64,000 bases of DNA from Chloroflexota bacterium (GTDB lineage Bacteria; Chloroflexota; Anaerolineae; UBA7937; B3-Chlor). The notes below the pieces were generated by a model. The model was not told where the DNA came from. It searched no databases and worked only from the letters and a program-made list of their open reading frames with translations. Shown here piece by piece: positions 19,927 through 30,085 of this stretch; positions within the stretch are counted from its first letter, which is position 1, and each line of letters begins with the position of its first letter. The translations under genes were made by a program, and so were the position numbers. The stretch is from positions 85,377-149,376 of the forward strand of contig JAUVXJ010000003.1 of NCBI GenBank assembly GCA_030603665.1. The letters run 5' to 3'.

Positions 19927-20106
19927 TTATCTGATGGGTGACACGTAGCAGGAGCCCGACGCTTGCAGGTACTCGTGCTGGTGATCCAGATGGGGCTCCG
20001 AGGAGCGAAGTCTGTATACCTGCTTCACGATGCGGCCTGGGTTCTCCTCAACCTGCTCTCTCAGTGCCTTGACCCTGACTCCATACCCTTTCCACGTGAG
20101 TTCCAT
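19927..20106 (-). CDS. Small hypothetical protein (59 aa)
   Basis: Below ORF-track cutoff; AAGGAGAGAGAAGG before ATG; MELTWKGYGVRVKALREQVEENPGRIVKQVYRL... Confidence 0.45.
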   Translation of the reverse strand: MELTWKGYGVRVKALREQVEENPGRIVKQVYRLRSSEPHLDHQHEYLQASGSCYVSPIR

Positions 20107-20398
20107 CCTTCTCTCTCCTTGGTGCTTCTATCTATACCCAGTATACATGAAGAATCCCCCAGATGCGTCGGCCATCCGGGGGATTCCTCTATTGGCCAGG
20201 TCGCTGGTCTTCTTCTTGGTCAGGTGACCAATACTCTCAGTCGAAGCACCCGGTCACCGGTGCGCAGGCGCGTCGTGGCGTTGCGACAGCCAACGACGGC
20301 GGGGATGCCCATCTCACGACCGACATCACAGGTATCCTCCTGCCTTCACTCTGCACCGTACTCTGCTACTCCTCTGATTCGCCGCTCTTCTCCTTCTG

Positions 20399-21595
20399 TC
20401 ATGTCAGGTTGCCGATGATCACCTTTGCCAGGCGCTGGATCCCCAGTTCGATCTTTTGCTCATCGCAGGCAGAGAAGTTGAGTCGCATCTTGTTCTCTCC
20501 ACCACCGTCGGCGTAGTAGCAGGAACCAGGCACGTAGGCGACTTTGGCCTGGACAGCTTGCTGAAAGAGATCCATGGCATCCATCCCCTCAGGCAGTGTC
20601 ACCCAGAGGAATATTCCTCCGTCTGGCTTGGTCCAAGTCACCTCGGAAGGAAAGTGCCTCTCCATGGCCTGAAGCATCCTGTCTCGCCTCTTGCGGTAGC
20701 TCTCGATGATGATCTGGATATGAGGGTCCAAGAGATCTCGCTCCAGGAATCCGTACATAATCCGCTGGGCAAGGTTGTCGGTATGGAGATCAGCTGCCTG
20801 CTTGGCGAAGACCAGCTTCTCCATCACGCCGTCAGGCGCGATGAGCGCACTCACGCGCAGGCCCGGGCTCAGGACCTTGGAGAAACTACCCAGGTAGATC
20901 ACCTGCCCTCCCTCATCGAGCTCCTTCAAAGCCGGCAGGACCTCGCCGCTGTAGCGAAGCTCACCATAGGCATCATCCTCAAGAATCGGCACTCCGTATT
21001 GCTGAGCCACCTTCAACAATTCCTTGCGGCGCTTCAGAGATAGGGTTACTCCGCTTGGATTCTGGAAGTTAGGAATCACGTAGATGAACTTGACGTCATT
21101 GTCCTCGAGGATCTCTGGCAGCAGATCAACTCTCATTCCCTCCCCGTCGACGGGCACGGTTAGATACCTGGCCTGGAAGAGACTGAACGCCTGCAACGCC
21201 GTCAGAAAGGTGGGATCCTCCACCAAGACGGCATTCCCCTTGTCGAGCAGAATCTTGCTCACCAAGTCAATGCCCTGCTGGGAACCCGATGTGATTAGTA
21301 CGTTTTCGTCGGTTATGTCGAATCCCCTCTTCACATATCTTTCAGCGACAGCCATCCGGAGTGGCCCGTAGCCCTCTGACGTTCCATACTGCAGGATCGC
21401 CGCTCCATCGCTATCGAGGGTATGATCCACGACCTCCTTCACCTTCTCGACAGGGAAGAGCTCCCAGGCCGGAAGCCCGCCTCCAAAGGAGATTACTTCA
21501 GGGTCGGCGATCAGATGCATCAGCTGGCGGGTCATGGAGCCGTACATATGACTTACCCGCTCGCAGTACTTGGCCTCCCAGTCAAAGGTCATCAT
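20399..21595 (-). CDS. PLP-dependent aminotransferase class I/II (LysN/ARO8-like)
   Basis: ISFGGGLP, ITSGSQQG, PNFQNPSG, EDDAY, GSFSKVLSPGLR. Confidence 0.92.
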   Translation of the reverse strand: MMTFDWEAKYCERVSHMYGSMTRQLMHLIADPEVISFGGGLPAWELFPVEKVKEVVDHTLDSDGAAILQYGTSEGYGPLRMAVAERYVKRGFDITDENVLITSGSQQGIDLVSKILLDKGNAVLVEDPTFLTALQAFSLFQARYLTVPVDGEGMRVDLLPEILEDNDVKFIYVIPNFQNPSGVTLSLKRRKELLKVAQQYGVPILEDDAYGELRYSGEVLPALKELDEGGQVIYLGSFSKVLSPGLRVSALIAPDGVMEKLVFAKQAADLHTDNLAQRIMYGFLERDLLDPHIQIIIESYRKRRDRMLQAMERHFPSEVTWTKPDGGIFLWVTLPEGMDAMDLFQQAVQAKVAYVPGSCYYADGGGENKMRLNFSACDEQKIELGIQRLAKVIIGNLT

Positions 21596-21613
21596 CTGTC
21601 CTCCAGTTGCAGC

Positions 21614-22261
21614 CTAGTTGTTCTGATTCACGTTCTTGACAGCCAGGGCATATTCTCTGCCCCTATCCAGGGAAACGAGATTTGCCTCCAGGAAACGAGG
21701 CCGCGTAGTGGCTCTCATCGCACTCTCTACAGAATTGTAGCTGAGGGGGAAGACGTCGAAGCCACACATAGCACCGAGCAGCAACACGTTCGTCGTGGTC
21801 GCGCCTCCGGCCTCTTCAGCCATCGCTCGAGCATCCATTGCCAACAGCTCCCCTGCTCCCAGTTTCCGCAACTGCCGTTCGATGGTCTCAATGCGCAGAT
21901 CTGGCTGCTTCCCCAGCTGGGTCTCCAAAGGAACGCTGACATGGGTATTAAGGACCACTCCGGCCCGTGGAGCCAAGTAGTCAGCGCCCCTACGCAAGGC
22001 CTCAATCGGCTCGAGACCCAAGAGGAGATGACAGCACCCCTTAGGTATGAGGGGTCCATACACCTGTCGTCCGATCCGCACCTGACTGTACACCGGACCA
22101 CCACGCTGAGTCACACCATATGTTTCAGCGATACGAACGGAGAAACCCTCCTCTATCGCAGCCCGCGCAACAACCTGCGAGGCGAATATGGTCCCCTGTC
22201 CACCAACACCGGCGATGATCAGATTGAAAGGGCCTTGCTTTGCTTTCGTTTCTCGTGTCAT
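21614..22261 (-). CDS. iorB: Indolepyruvate:ferredoxin oxidoreductase beta subunit
   Basis: AGVGGQG, ETYGVTQRGGPVYSQVRIG, NVLLLGA; ATGA overlap with iorA. Confidence 0.9.
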   Translation of the reverse strand: MTRETKAKQGPFNLIIAGVGGQGTIFASQVVARAAIEEGFSVRIAETYGVTQRGGPVYSQVRIGRQVYGPLIPKGCCHLLLGLEPIEALRRGADYLAPRAGVVLNTHVSVPLETQLGKQPDLRIETIERQLRKLGAGELLAMDARAMAEEAGGATTTNVLLLGAMCGFDVFPLSYNSVESAMRATTRPRFLEANLVSLDRGREYALAVKNVNQNN

Positions 22262-24177
22262 TCTTCTGGCTCCAGACGCTCCAGGTATATCGCCCCCTGT
22301 GGACACACGATCTTACAGGACGCGCAGCCATTGCACAGGACCGGGTCAATAGCCATCTTGCCCTCGCCATCTTCAGCGGCGACGAAAGCCGGGCATCCAT
22401 ACTCCTCCACGCAGGCGAGGCAGCCGTCGCATTTGGCCGCGTCCACCTTGGCGACTACGGTCCTTTCTCTCCACCTCTCGCCGGGTTCCAAGGCGCAGGC
22501 CTGTCGCGAAACAATCATGGCGGGGACATCCAGAACCAGCGCCTCTTCGAGTTCCCTGATCAGGCGCTTGATCTGCAGCGAGCGGACGACCCTCACATGG
22601 GGAATCTGGAAGGCCCGGGCTATGTCCTCAATGGGTATCACCGTCCGCTCGTCGGTCAGCTGCCACGTGCCGGGGTGAGGTTGCTGACCGGTAGAGGCGG
22701 TGACCGAGTTGTCCATCGCTATGATCAAGACCGGCCTCTGCTGCTGGGCTATTTGCAGCAGTCCAGGCATCCCGGCGTGATAGAAGGTGGAATCTCCGAT
22801 GACGGCTATCACTTTTCGGCTGGGGTTGAGCTGGGCCAGGGCGTCGGATGTGCCCATGCTTGCGCCCATAGAAGTCATGGTCTGCAGGATGCTGAAGGGC
22901 GGGTAGAACCCCAGGGTGTAGCACCCGATATCCCCCACGACGATAGGGTCTTTGATGCCTGCGTTCTGCAAGGCCTTGGTCAGAGCGTAGTATGTAGCCC
23001 GATGGGAACACCCAGCACAGAACCCTATCTGGCGGCGGGGTATCAGCTTCTGGATCGCTGTCGACTGTTCCGCCCTACCCTTCGAAAGGAGAACATCGCT
23101 GGGAAGCGCTCTATCGGGAGATTCTTGCCGGACCACGTCGGCCAGAGCCGAGACAACATCGTCCAGGATCGTCTCACCGACCTCCGGCAAAGCGCCGGAC
23201 TTCCGACCGTGTATCTGGATGGGGCGGTGTATGCCTTGGGCCTCCGCCTTGATCCCCTCCTCCAAGAAGGGGGTAACGTCTTCCACAACCAGGACCTGGC
23301 TCACATGGTTTAGCAGTCGGTGAATGATCCTGTTCGGTAGCGGGTTCACCGTGCCGATCTTCAATAGGGCCACCTCGCCCCTCAGCCCCAGTCTGTCAAC
23401 GGCTTCCTGAGCATAGTTGAAGGCAAAGCCGGCTCCGACCACACCGATCTTCTCGCTCCCCATCCCTTGGTAAACATCAAACTCATAACGTTCGAATACC
23501 TCCCCAGCTTGGCGCAACTTCTCTCTTAGCCTTCGCTCGGGTTCCAGGCACGGAAAGGGCGTCCACTGTCGCGTGCCGTCGAAATTTGGCTCTCGCCGGT
23601 TTCGGTCGAACTCGCCCAATTCGAGATCGCCCGTCATATGTCCCAATCTTGTGACGGAGCGTAGGATGACCGGCGTGCGCAGCTCCTCCGAAATCTCGAA
23701 AGCACGCTTGGCCATCTCGCGCGCCTCGTTCAAATCAGCGGGTTCGATGGCGGGCAGTCCAGCAAACTTGGCGTACCAGCGGTTGTCCTGTTCGTTGTTG
23801 GAGCTCAGGCCGCTGGGATCGTCCACCGAAACGATCACAAACCCACCGGCGATGTCTATGAGTTTCAGTTGCTGCAGCGAGTCAGCAGCCACGTTGAGTC
23901 CTACGTGCTTCATGATCACCATGGAACGGACCCCCGAGAACGATGCACCCGTCGCCGCATCGAAGGCCACCTTCTCATTGACCGACCAATGGGCGACGAA
24001 GTCCAGGTGGGGAGCAGCTTCGATCAGCGTCTCCATGATCTCTGTGGAGGGCGTCCCCGGATAGCCGGTCACGAACTGCACACCCGCCTCTATCGCCCCT
24101 CTGGCGATGGCCTCGTTGCCCAAGAGCAGCACACGAGTTCCAGGAGCATCCGACAGCAGCACTTCTTTCCTCATCAA
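22258..24177 (-). CDS. iorA: Indolepyruvate:ferredoxin oxidoreductase alpha subunit
   Basis: LLGNEAIARGA, GYPGTPSTE, NEKVA, FCAGCSHR, GDIGC, GDSTFYH, C-terminal 2x[4Fe-4S]. Confidence 0.95.
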   Translation of the reverse strand: MMRKEVLLSDAPGTRVLLLGNEAIARGAIEAGVQFVTGYPGTPSTEIMETLIEAAPHLDFVAHWSVNEKVAFDAATGASFSGVRSMVIMKHVGLNVAADSLQQLKLIDIAGGFVIVSVDDPSGLSSNNEQDNRWYAKFAGLPAIEPADLNEAREMAKRAFEISEELRTPVILRSVTRLGHMTGDLELGEFDRNRREPNFDGTRQWTPFPCLEPERRLREKLRQAGEVFERYEFDVYQGMGSEKIGVVGAGFAFNYAQEAVDRLGLRGEVALLKIGTVNPLPNRIIHRLLNHVSQVLVVEDVTPFLEEGIKAEAQGIHRPIQIHGRKSGALPEVGETILDDVVSALADVVRQESPDRALPSDVLLSKGRAEQSTAIQKLIPRRQIGFCAGCSHRATYYALTKALQNAGIKDPIVVGDIGCYTLGFYPPFSILQTMTSMGASMGTSDALAQLNPSRKVIAVIGDSTFYHAGMPGLLQIAQQQRPVLIIAMDNSVTASTGQQPHPGTWQLTDERTVIPIEDIARAFQIPHVRVVRSLQIKRLIRELEEALVLDVPAMIVSRQACALEPGERWRERTVVAKVDAAKCDGCLACVEEYGCPAFVAAEDGEGKMAIDPVLCNGCASCKIVCPQGAIYLERLEPEE

Positions 24178-24399
24178 CGCCTCCCAAGATACACTAGTAC
24201 GGAGAAGCAGAAACCAGCATCCGTCCCAGGGCAGCGCTCAAAGATCAGCCTAGACGCACCTGCGAAAGGAATGATGCGAGCTATGCTTGCCAAACCATCA
24301 CCCAGAGTATCTTCCCTGTATCTTTGTGTTTATCTGCACACTGTACCGTGGCTTCCCAGACGCTGCCACAGATATCGCTCAAGCCATCAAGGCCAGCAC

Positions 24400-24680
24400 C
24401 TGGAAAACCGGGTGCATTCGGTGAGAGTCAATCAGGCACAGCACATGGAGGGTCCAAAGTCGCCCTGCATCATATTGAGGACAAAACGTCCGTACTGAAT
24501 CAGCAGAGGCTGATGGAGACCGAGCGAGTGGCTCACCTGAGCCCTCACCTCCTGGCCGGAGTGCAGGGGCCAATGAGGGCCAACAGGGCTCTGCAGCCGC
24601 ACGAGCAGAAAGATCACGAAGGTCACCGTCAGCACTGAAAAGGGGCCCTGCAACGATCGCCTCACTACATATAGGCATGG
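24400..24680 (-). pseudogene. Degenerate N-terminus of DppB/OppB-type ABC permease
   Basis: YVVRRSLQG...TFVIFLLVRL...LGLHQPLLIQYGRFVLNMMQGDFGPS then stop. Confidence 0.7.
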
Positions 24681-24889
24681 ATTGGTAGCGTCTGCAGCCG
24701 GGATGCCCTCGACGTCGCTGCCCGCGTGCAGGCAGACCACCGGCCTGACTCCTACGTGCCGGACGACTTCTACAATGCATGCCAGGTCAAGCTCATCGCA
24801 GTACCGCGGCTGAAGACGGCAATGAGCGGGTAGTCCTGGGCCCTCGGACCGATCAAGAGTGCGCGTTTTTCGCGGCAGGACCGCCAGCC

Positions 24890-25303
24890 CTAATCACTGC
24901 CATGAAAGATCCGCGCAATCTCCGGGTTCAGGAATCGCTCGATCTCAATGGCATATCCGCCTGGGTCTTGGCACTTGAAGGCTTGAACCTGAATCCGTTC
25001 TGATTGGCTTAGCTCGGTTAGAATCTTGACTCCTTTGCTGGTCAGGTACTCGTACCACCAGGGCACATCGTCTACGATGAGCCCAAAGAGGACCGCGTTC
25101 TTTTCTTGAGCGTCGTAGAACCCTTCCTTCTCGTCGACGATTGCCAGGTATGCGTTCCCATTGACGCGATAGACCTTTGCCCAGCCGTAGTCCTGAACCA
25201 GCTCGAGTCCGATAATGTTCTCGTAGAACGCTGAAATGGGGGCAAGGTCACGATAGTACAGAAAGGTGATCTGAGATTTCACTTGCTGCTTGTTCTGACT
25301 CAT
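24890..25303 (-). CDS. VOC/glyoxalase family protein, copy 1
   Basis: ITFLYYRDL...FYENIIGLEL...DPGGYAIEIE; AAGGAG RBS before ATG 25303. Confidence 0.85.
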   Translation of the reverse strand: MSQNKQQVKSQITFLYYRDLAPISAFYENIIGLELVQDYGWAKVYRVNGNAYLAIVDEKEGFYDAQEKNAVLFGLIVDDVPWWYEYLTSKGVKILTELSQSERIQVQAFKCQDPGGYAIEIERFLNPEIARIFHGSD

Positions 25304-25309
25304 ATCGAC

Positions 25310-26045
25310 TCCTTTGCTCGCAACTTGGCTTCTCGCTCGGCGTGCCCATGACAGGGTGCCGCGGGTCGCCAGGGGGAAGAGACCCGCCAGAATCGTCAGC
25401 ATCCACCGCCTCCATAACTGGGAAGCTGTTAGACGACGCTGGCCATACCAACAAGACTTCACTGATTGCCTCAGCGCCCCTGACGCTGCCATGCTGGCAA
25501 TGTGCTATAGGCCTACCTCCTTTCTCTCGACTATCCCAGCCGTCGTGATCACGTTGGCGGCTGGATCGGGACAGACGACGGGGTAACGCCTTCGACAACC
25601 AACACCTCGTTCACACGGCTGCACACGCGGCGGATAATCGCGCTCGGTAGGGGATTCACGCTGGACTTCCTCGAGAGGGCCACCTCGCCCCGCAGCCCAA
25701 GTATGTCAACCGCTTCCTGAGCATGGCTGAAGGCAAAATGGGCCGCGACAACACCGATCTTCTGCCTTCCATCCCCGTGGTGCTCAATAGGCTGACAGCT
25801 CTCCAAGACCTCGCCGGCCCGGCGCGATTCCCCTCTGAGTCTCTGTTCAGGTCCCAGACACGGCAAAGGCGTCCACAGACGCGAGCTTGCAGAGTAGGAC
25901 TCTTGCCCTTGCGGCCCAGTCTTGCCCAGCTCCATCTCACCCACCACGTGTCCCAGGCGAGTGACCGAGCGCGGGATAACCGGCATGCGTGGCTCCTCCG
26001 GAATCTCGAAAGCACGTTTGGCCATTGAACGCGCCTCGTTCAATT
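25310..26045 (-). pseudogene. Degenerate iorA middle fragment
   Basis: NEARSMAKRAFEI...RSVTRLGH...VNPLP...VLVVEGVTP is homologous to the middle of IorA, followed by frameshifts. Confidence 0.85.
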
Positions 26046-26118
26046 CGAAGACCTGCTCTGTTCCATGCTCGAAACTACTGAAAGGGCCTCTGATCGGTGG
26101 TCCGCCTCCTCGAGGCTC

Positions 26119-27306
26119 TTATCGCACGCCGCTGCTTGGCTTCCCGGCAAGTCGCAGTTTGACAAGCGCTCCCACAGAGATCGCGCAAGCCAGCAACGCC
26201 AGCGTCTGGAAAACCCGATCCATCCCCTGAAAGTCAATCAAACGTCCCACCAGAGGTGTCATCACGCTAGAAGTCCCTTGGCTGAAGGAGTAGTACATTG
26301 CCAGGGCCATAGCCAGGTGCGGCCCCGGGACATGGTCAGCCATCAGGGACTCAGTTACCGGCATAAGAAAGCTCACGGTGACTCCAAGACCAGCCAAGAT
26401 GGCCAAGAGCCAGAGCCCCATGGGAGTGACCGTCAGGAGATAGAGCAATGGACCCGCTGAGATCGAGGAGTAAAGGATCACCCTCTCACGTCCGATCCTG
26501 TCCGACAATGCTCCGCCCAACGGTGAACCCACGATGCCGACGCCGAGCATAATCCCAGTCAGGATACCAGCCCACTGGAAGGAAACGCCATGTTTGTCCG
26601 TCAAGTATAGCGGGAGGAATGACCCTATGCTGAACAAGACAAGTATCAGAACCGTGGTCACGACAAGCAGGACGCCGATATTGCGCACAATGCCCCTCCA
26701 GCCCAACCCTCCGTGACCGAAGTCAAGAGCTGTCTTCTGCTCTACCACTCCTTCTGCGGGCACGGTGGCCCATAACAGACCACCCGCCAATAGAGCTGGA
26801 AGAGCCAGCACCATGAAAGGGGACCGCCAGCTACCACTCAGACTGGCGATGAGCACGGCTAGAAAGGGAGCGATCAGGTGACTGAGATTGCCCCCCACAA
26901 GATGCAGTCCTATCATCTGACCGCGGCTCTCCTTGGAGAACGATCGCGATATGTAGGACGAGGACAGGGCGCCGTAGCTGGAACCGAAAAGGCCCATCAG
27001 CACACGCGAGGCTAGGAGTTGGTTGTAGTCCCCGGCGAACCCGCCGGCGATCGCTGCCATAGACATCCCCATCAGACCCACGATCATAACCCTTCTCTGG
27101 CCGATCCTCTCCGAGAGGGCGACAATTGGTAGCTGTGCAAAGGCATATACTAGACCGAAAGCAGAGGTCAGCAACCCAATTTGGAAGTAGCTAAGCGCAA
27201 AATCCTGTCGCACGAGCGGCAACAAGGGCACCAAGATCCCAGAGCATAGGTGATGGCTGAAACGGGCGAAGACAAACTGCGGCAGCACACCATAGCGACT
27301 ACTCAA
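26119..27306 (-). CDS. MFS transporter
   Basis: 12-TM pattern, LSERIGQRR and GALSDRIGRE motif A copies. Confidence 0.9.
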   Translation of the reverse strand: MSSRYGVLPQFVFARFSHHLCSGILVPLLPLVRQDFALSYFQIGLLTSAFGLVYAFAQLPIVALSERIGQRRVMIVGLMGMSMAAIAGGFAGDYNQLLASRVLMGLFGSSYGALSSSYISRSFSKESRGQMIGLHLVGGNLSHLIAPFLAVLIASLSGSWRSPFMVLALPALLAGGLLWATVPAEGVVEQKTALDFGHGGLGWRGIVRNIGVLLVVTTVLILVLFSIGSFLPLYLTDKHGVSFQWAGILTGIMLGVGIVGSPLGGALSDRIGRERVILYSSISAGPLLYLLTVTPMGLWLLAILAGLGVTVSFLMPVTESLMADHVPGPHLAMALAMYYSFSQGTSSVMTPLVGRLIDFQGMDRVFQTLALLACAISVGALVKLRLAGKPSSGVR

Positions 27307-28120
27307 CAGCCTTGGTGTTCCTATGGCTTCTCTCCTTCATCTGTGGAGAGCCAGGGGAAACCACCACCCGAAAACCGAGGTAGCGGTTGTGATAGTCGGG
27401 AAAGCGGCTGATGCGATAGGCGCAGCGGACAACCCCACGACTGCCGTAGAACGCCCCGCCACGCACCACCCGGGAACCCTCCGCCTCAAGGTCCTCCCGG
27501 CCATCATCGGGATCGTAGGGGTAAGGCTTGTACAGGCCACTGCACCAGTCCAGGACATTACCTGCCATCTCGGCTACCCCATAAGGACTGTCTCCCGCAG
27601 GAGAGTAGTTGCCCATCGGTGTGGTGTCCCCGATGCCCGACTCCTCCTTAGAATTACACTTTGACTTGTCAAACTCATCGCCCCAGGGATACACTCTGCC
27701 ATCAGTTCCCCTGGCTGCCTTCTCCCACTCTGCCTCCGTGGGCAACCGTATCTCCTGTCCTGTTTCCTCGCCCAGCCAGGAGCAATAGGCGAGGGCATCG
27801 TGCCAACTGACGTAGATAACAGGGTAGCGATCGTACTGAGGGTTACCATAGTAAGACTCGCGAGTGTGAGACGAGGTCTCTTCAGGGGGCTGGCACGCGC
27901 TAGCCTCGACACATTCACGGTACTGGGCGTTGGTCACGGGATACCTGGCGATATAAAAGCCGTCAACGTCCACATAACGCGCTGGCTGCTCGCGCTGTGC
28001 CTTTCCCACATAACGCGCTGGCTGCTCGCGCTCCTCCCCATTGCTACCCATCAAGAAAGTGCCGGCAGGGATATATATCATCTCCGTGCCTCTGACTGTA
28101 ATCGTGCTAGGAAGATCCAT
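27299..28120 (-). CDS. FGE-sulfatase (SUMF1/EgtB/PvdO, CLec-fold) domain protein
   Basis: IPAGTFLMGS, YPVTNAQY, RLPTEAEWEKAARG, MAGNV, RVVRGG...GFRVV; lacks the catalytic FGE cysteine pair. Confidence 0.92.
   Translation of the reverse strand: MDLPSTITVRGTEMIYIPAGTFLMGSNGEEREQPARYVGKAQREQPARYVDVDGFYIARYPVTNAQYRECVEASACQPPEETSSHTRESYYGNPQYDRYPVIYVSWHDALAYCSWLGEETGQEIRLPTEAEWEKAARGTDGRVYPWGDEFDKSKCNSKEESGIGDTTPMGNYSPAGDSPYGVAEMAGNVLDWCSGLYKPYPYDPDDGREDLEAEGSRVVRGGAFYGSRGVVRCAYRISRFPDYHNRYLGFRVVVSPGSPQMKERSHRNTKAVE
27970..28032. repeat. In-frame direct repeat (27 bp, 36-bp period)
   Basis: ccacataacgcgctggctgctcgcgct twice; REQPARYV duplicated in protein. Confidence 0.9.
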
Positions 28121-28281
28121 CTTGACCTCCTCTCCACATATACTCGGATCTCATCTCCATGCCCTTGATAGCAATAGCGTAGCACAGCTTTGGATCAATC
28201 TCGACACTCATCAGCTATCACCTCTCTTCCGCGAGTCTTCTCGTTCGTAGTCTACGCTTTAGCGCATTTTCAAGGGGCTGA

Positions 28282-28303
28282 CCCTTCGACTCCGCTCAGG
28301 GCA
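28282..28303. repeat. REP-like element
   Basis: CCCTTCGACTCCGCTCAGGGCA; related CCCTTCGA...CTCAGG at 51326-51355. Confidence 0.5.
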
Positions 28304-28688
28304 CGAGCCCTCACTACGATCCCCCTCGTTTCACCTCCCCAAGACTCGTCCCCGGTAGCGCCGCTCCCCCTGGAAAGCTGCCCAGCACCTCCACGAAGCA
28401 TGGGGCGCCGAAGCCTCCGCAACCCAAAGCATCTGGCCGGCTCTCCTGGCCGAGGGGCCGACCCAGACCAGGCAGCCCTGATACCCCGTGCAGGTGGCGG
28501 CAGGCACCAAGCGAGTTCAAGAATGGGCTCGACCTAGGTCAATGGGAGTGACCCCGCACAGACGTCGGAGTGATCGTCTTGAGTGCCTGTTGACCCCGAC
28601 CGCCCCTAGGGCTCCAAAGAACTGTCGCTCTCCGCAAGAGCACCACCGCCGAGCCAAGGGCGAATCTCCCTTGACGCCCCGAGGCGCT

Positions 28689-28958
28689 CTAAGACCGCAC
28701 CATGGAGCGAACCGCAGAAGACGATGCATTTGTGGCCGCATCGAAGGCCACCTTCTCATTGACCGACGAGTAGGCGACGACGCCCAGTTGCGGGGCAGCT
28801 TGGATTAGCGTCTCCACGATCTCTGTGGAGGGTGTTCCCGGATAGCTGGCCACGACCTGCACACCGGCCTCAATCGCTCCTCTGGCAATGGCCTCGTTGC
28901 CAATCGCCAGCAAACGGGTCCCAGGATCATCCCTGAACAGTACTTCTCTATTCATCAA
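28689..28958 (-). pseudogene. iorA N-terminal fragment
   Basis: MMNREVLFRDDPGTRLLAIGNEAIARGAIEAG...NEKVAFDAA truncated after 89 aa. Confidence 0.9.
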
Positions 28959-29124
28959 GGCCTCCCACTGGACAACAATGATCAGGCGCAGAGACTGGCA
29001 TCCGTGCCAGTCCAGCTTTCAAAGATCCGTGTGGGCCCACCGTGCAAGGATCGGTTCCCTTTGAGGGAGCCCTGACACTCCGACCGACCAAGCGTGCGCG
29101 TTTTTCGTGGCAGGAGCGCTGGCC

Positions 29125-29538
29125 CTAGTGACTGCGATGAAAGATCCGCGCGACGTCTGGGTCCAGGAATTGCTCGATCTCAACGGAATATCCGCCTGGG
29201 TCCTGGCAGTTGAAGCCTCGCACCTGAACCTCATCGTCTTGTCTTACCTCGGTTAGCATCTTGACTCCTTTGCTAGTCAAGTACTCGTACCACCAGGGCA
29301 CATCGTCAACGACGAGCCCAATGAGGACGGCGTTCTTTTCTTGAGCGTTGTGAAAGCCTTTCTTCTCGTCGACGATTGCCAGATATGCGTCCCCTATGAT
29401 GCGATAGACCTTCGCCCAGTCGTAGTCCTCAACCAGCTCGAGTCCGATAATGCTTTCGTAGAATTCTGAAACTGGAGCAAGGTCACGATAGTACAGAAAG
29501 ATGATCTGAGATTTCACTTGCTGCTTGTCCTGATTCAT
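29125..29538 (-). CDS. VOC/glyoxalase family protein, copy 2
   Basis: Same length (137 aa) and highly similar to 24890-25303. Confidence 0.85.
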   Translation of the reverse strand: MNQDKQQVKSQIIFLYYRDLAPVSEFYESIIGLELVEDYDWAKVYRIIGDAYLAIVDEKKGFHNAQEKNAVLIGLVVDDVPWWYEYLTSKGVKMLTEVRQDDEVQVRGFNCQDPGGYSVEIEQFLDPDVARIFHRSH

Positions 29539-29544
29539 ATCGAC

Positions 29545-30085
29545 TCCTTTGTTTGGAATCTGGCTTCTCGCTCGGCGTGCCCATGAGCGGGTGCTGAAGT
29601 CAACCAGTGAGCCTGGAACAATTCGGCCCAGATCCGTTGACAGGGTGCCACGAGCCACGAGGAGCACGAGACCCGCCAGAATCGTGAGCAGCCACTGCCA
29701 CCATAACCGGGAAGCTGTTAGGCGACGTTGGCCACAACAACTAGACTTCACTCATTAGCTCAAAGCTCCTAGCGCTGCCATGCTGGCAATGTCCTATAGG
29801 CCTGCCTCCTTTGTCTCTGATTTCCCCAATCATCGTGATCACGTTGCCCGCTGGATCGGGACAGATGACGGGGTAACGTCTTCGACAGTCAACACCTGGT
29901 TCACATGGTCTAGCAGTCGCTGAATGATCCCGCTCGGTGAGGGATGCACCGTGGAGATCTTCAAGAGGGCCACCTCGCCCCGCAGCCCGGTGTGTCAACC
30001 GCTTCCCCCGATACTCGTCGAACTGGTAGCGCTCCAAGACCTCTCCAGCATAGCGCAACTCCTCCGAGATGTCGAAAGCACGTTG
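29545..30085 (-). pseudogene. Degenerate iorA middle fragment, copy 2
   Basis: Colinear with 25310-26045 with different deletions (AGEVLERYQFDEYRG; RGEVALLKI). Confidence 0.8.
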
